Part shown: positions 36,791-38,203 of the stretch, piece after piece
Position numbering within the stretch: the stretch's first letter is position 1
Layout: each line of letters opens with the position of its first letter
Program-made: the position numbers and the translations under genes
The notes under the pieces: model-generated
Told to the model about the DNA's origin: nothing
Seen by the model: the letters and a program-made list of their open reading frames with translations, nothing else
Database searches by the model: none
Virus record (IMG/VR): IMGVR_UViG_3300048599_000868
Coordinates: 1 to 38,203 of that record
Strand: one strand, 5' to 3'
DNA length: 38,203 bases
Source: a virus
Taxonomy: Duplodnaviria; Caudoviricetes

Positions 36791-36865
36791 CATGCAATCA
36801 GTATATCGCCCTTCGGGTATACCCGCAAGGGCCAATGAAGCATATTTTCTCATCTGCGCTAACCC

Positions 36866-38203
36866 CTAACCCGCTTCCGCAAGGCTTACCGGAATGATGC
36901 CCTTGAAGGTCTCCTCGCTTGCCTGAGCAACCTCAGAAAGATCGCTGTCGAGCGCATGATCCGCGTAACCGTCGAACACCGCGCGAGTCTTGTGACCGGT
37001 GACGAGCATGACCTTTCGCGCCTCGAGTCGGTCGGACATCCTCGACGCATAGAAATGCCGCCAAGAATGAAACACGATATTCCGCTCTTTCCAGTACAAG
37101 CGAGCTTCGCTCTTTTCTTCATCCGTCGCCCCGACACCGACGGACAGAACGACGAGCATATCCTGCAAGGCATACAAGCTCATTTGCTGATCCCAGGGCT
37201 CATCCTTCTTGGAGCACCAGAAAACGAAACCGTCAGGACTGTGAGGATTATCCTTAACGAGCGCGCGAAGCGCATCGCGCACCTGCGACATGATCGGCAC
37301 CCGCCGAGTCTCGCCAGTCTTCGTGCACTTGAGCCCGTCCTTCCGCGACCAGGAATGATTGATCGACAGGAACTCCTCGCCGATGTCGGAAGCCTTAAGC
37401 GCCAGAACCTCGCCAATACGTAAGCCCGTCGTCATCGCAGTCAGATTCGTGAGCATCGCGCGGCGATCATCCCAGTGAAGATCGAAAAGCCGCTTCGCTT
37501 CGTCAGGCGTGAGAACTCCCCGTTTCTTTGTCTTATTCGAATAACCGGCCAAGCCTTGCGTCGTGTCAAATCCTATCAAGTCATTTGCGAACGCCCATTT
37601 GAGCGCCGTCGTCCCGACCGTCATGATGCGGTTCAGCGTAACCGGATTGAGTCTCGGATTCTCCGTCGCAAGATGCACCGAGAACGTCTTTACGTCCGCC
37701 CGCGAGATTTCCCCAAGCCGCTTTCCCTTGAAATATGGAATCCAGTATTTTTCCGCGCGACCTAAACTCTCCTTCATGTGAGTCTTCCCCATCCGGAGAC
37801 CGTGCGCGTGCTTTTCTTTCACGTAAGGCGAAACGTCATAGTCCCAGAAACGGGATATATACGAATCGAAAAGCTCTGCTCCCCCGGCGTCCTTGAGAAC
37901 GAGCGAGGATACCAAGCCCTTCTCCGTCAATGCCGTTCCGATTTTGGAAACGTCCGCGGAATTGAGATTTGATTTCTTGATGATGGTGAGTATAGCCGCA
38001 AGATCAAGTGCTTCGGATATTTTCTTCGGCGGGTTTATGCCTTGAGCAGGGAGACCATGAACCAGCCAGCCATTTACGATAATGGCAGCTTCATCCCGAA
38101 TCGTTTGTCGCGTGGATTTCGCCGGCAACTTAACGCCAGTCGCCTTGTCTACAAGCTCCGCATACCAGATTTTACCGCGACGGTGCAAATAAAAACGGCG
38201 CAT
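36866..38203 (-). CDS. int: Tyrosine recombinase / integrase
   Basis: TGLRIGE (R), TKTG (K), FHSWRH (HxxR), GHKT..Y catalytic residues. Confidence 0.93.
   Translation of the reverse strand: MRRFYLHRRGKIWYAELVDKATGVKLPAKSTRQTIRDEAAIIVNGWLVHGLPAQGINPPKKISEALDLAAILTIIKKSNLNSADVSKIGTALTEKGLVSSLVLKDAGGAELFDSYISRFWDYDVSPYVKEKHAHGLRMGKTHMKESLGRAEKYWIPYFKGKRLGEISRADVKTFSVHLATENPRLNPVTLNRIMTVGTTALKWAFANDLIGFDTTQGLAGYSNKTKKRGVLTPDEAKRLFDLHWDDRRAMLTNLTAMTTGLRIGEVLALKASDIGEEFLSINHSWSRKDGLKCTKTGETRRVPIMSQVRDALRALVKDNPHSPDGFVFWCSKKDEPWDQQMSLYALQDMLVVLSVGVGATDEEKSEARLYWKERNIVFHSWRHFYASRMSDRLEARKVMLVTGHKTRAVFDGYADHALDSDLSEVAQASEETFKGIIPVSLAEAG

Larger units (their letters stand above)
1..38203 (-). mobile_element. 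Integrated prophage / satellite-like element with central defence cargo (att sites not visible; window ends at gene boundaries)
   Basis: Integrase, terminase, portal, protease, capsid, lysis and P4-type helicase genes are co-oriented on the minus strand. GC-rich core genes flank an AT-rich cargo. Confidence 0.9.

Noticed and set aside
1-38203. CRISPR array, tRNA/rRNA, IS transposase, reverse transcriptase/DGR, att direct repeats
   Set aside because: None seen by eye. The window stops at the integrase start and helicase stop, so att sites probably lie outside it.

Overview
This window is an integrated phage-like element, probably from a spirochaete (Treponemataceae; inferred from the BspA-type LRR gene and the protein families). 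It is encoded almost entirely on the minus strand. Right to left it reads: tyrosine integrase, AbiEi/AbiEii toxin-antitoxin pair, excisionase-like HTH, TerS/TerL, portal, an unexpected LuxR-type regulator, HK97-type protease and capsid, and head-tail joining genes. An ~18 kb AT-rich cargo block (about 8.3-26.2 kb) follows, then a GC-rich block of tail-like and lysis genes ending in a P4/D5-type SF3 helicase. No tape-measure protein, CI repressor or primase domain is recognisable. The cargo is a defence island: a UDG-fold protein, a tandem DUF262 (GmrSD/TgvAB-like) pair, an exonuclease-WYL module with its own GTGTC-N7-GACAC operators, and a three-gene R-M-like system. The best candidate for a new system is a class III nucleotide cyclase translationally coupled to a ComEC-like metallo-beta-lactamase, under divergent CapH/CapP-like regulators. 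Non-coding signals read from the DNA include a palindromic TTTCGACA-N13-TGTMGAWA box with identical geometry at three phage promoters, and a 151-nt triple-nested hairpin. All product calls come from motif recognition by eye; no database searches were run.
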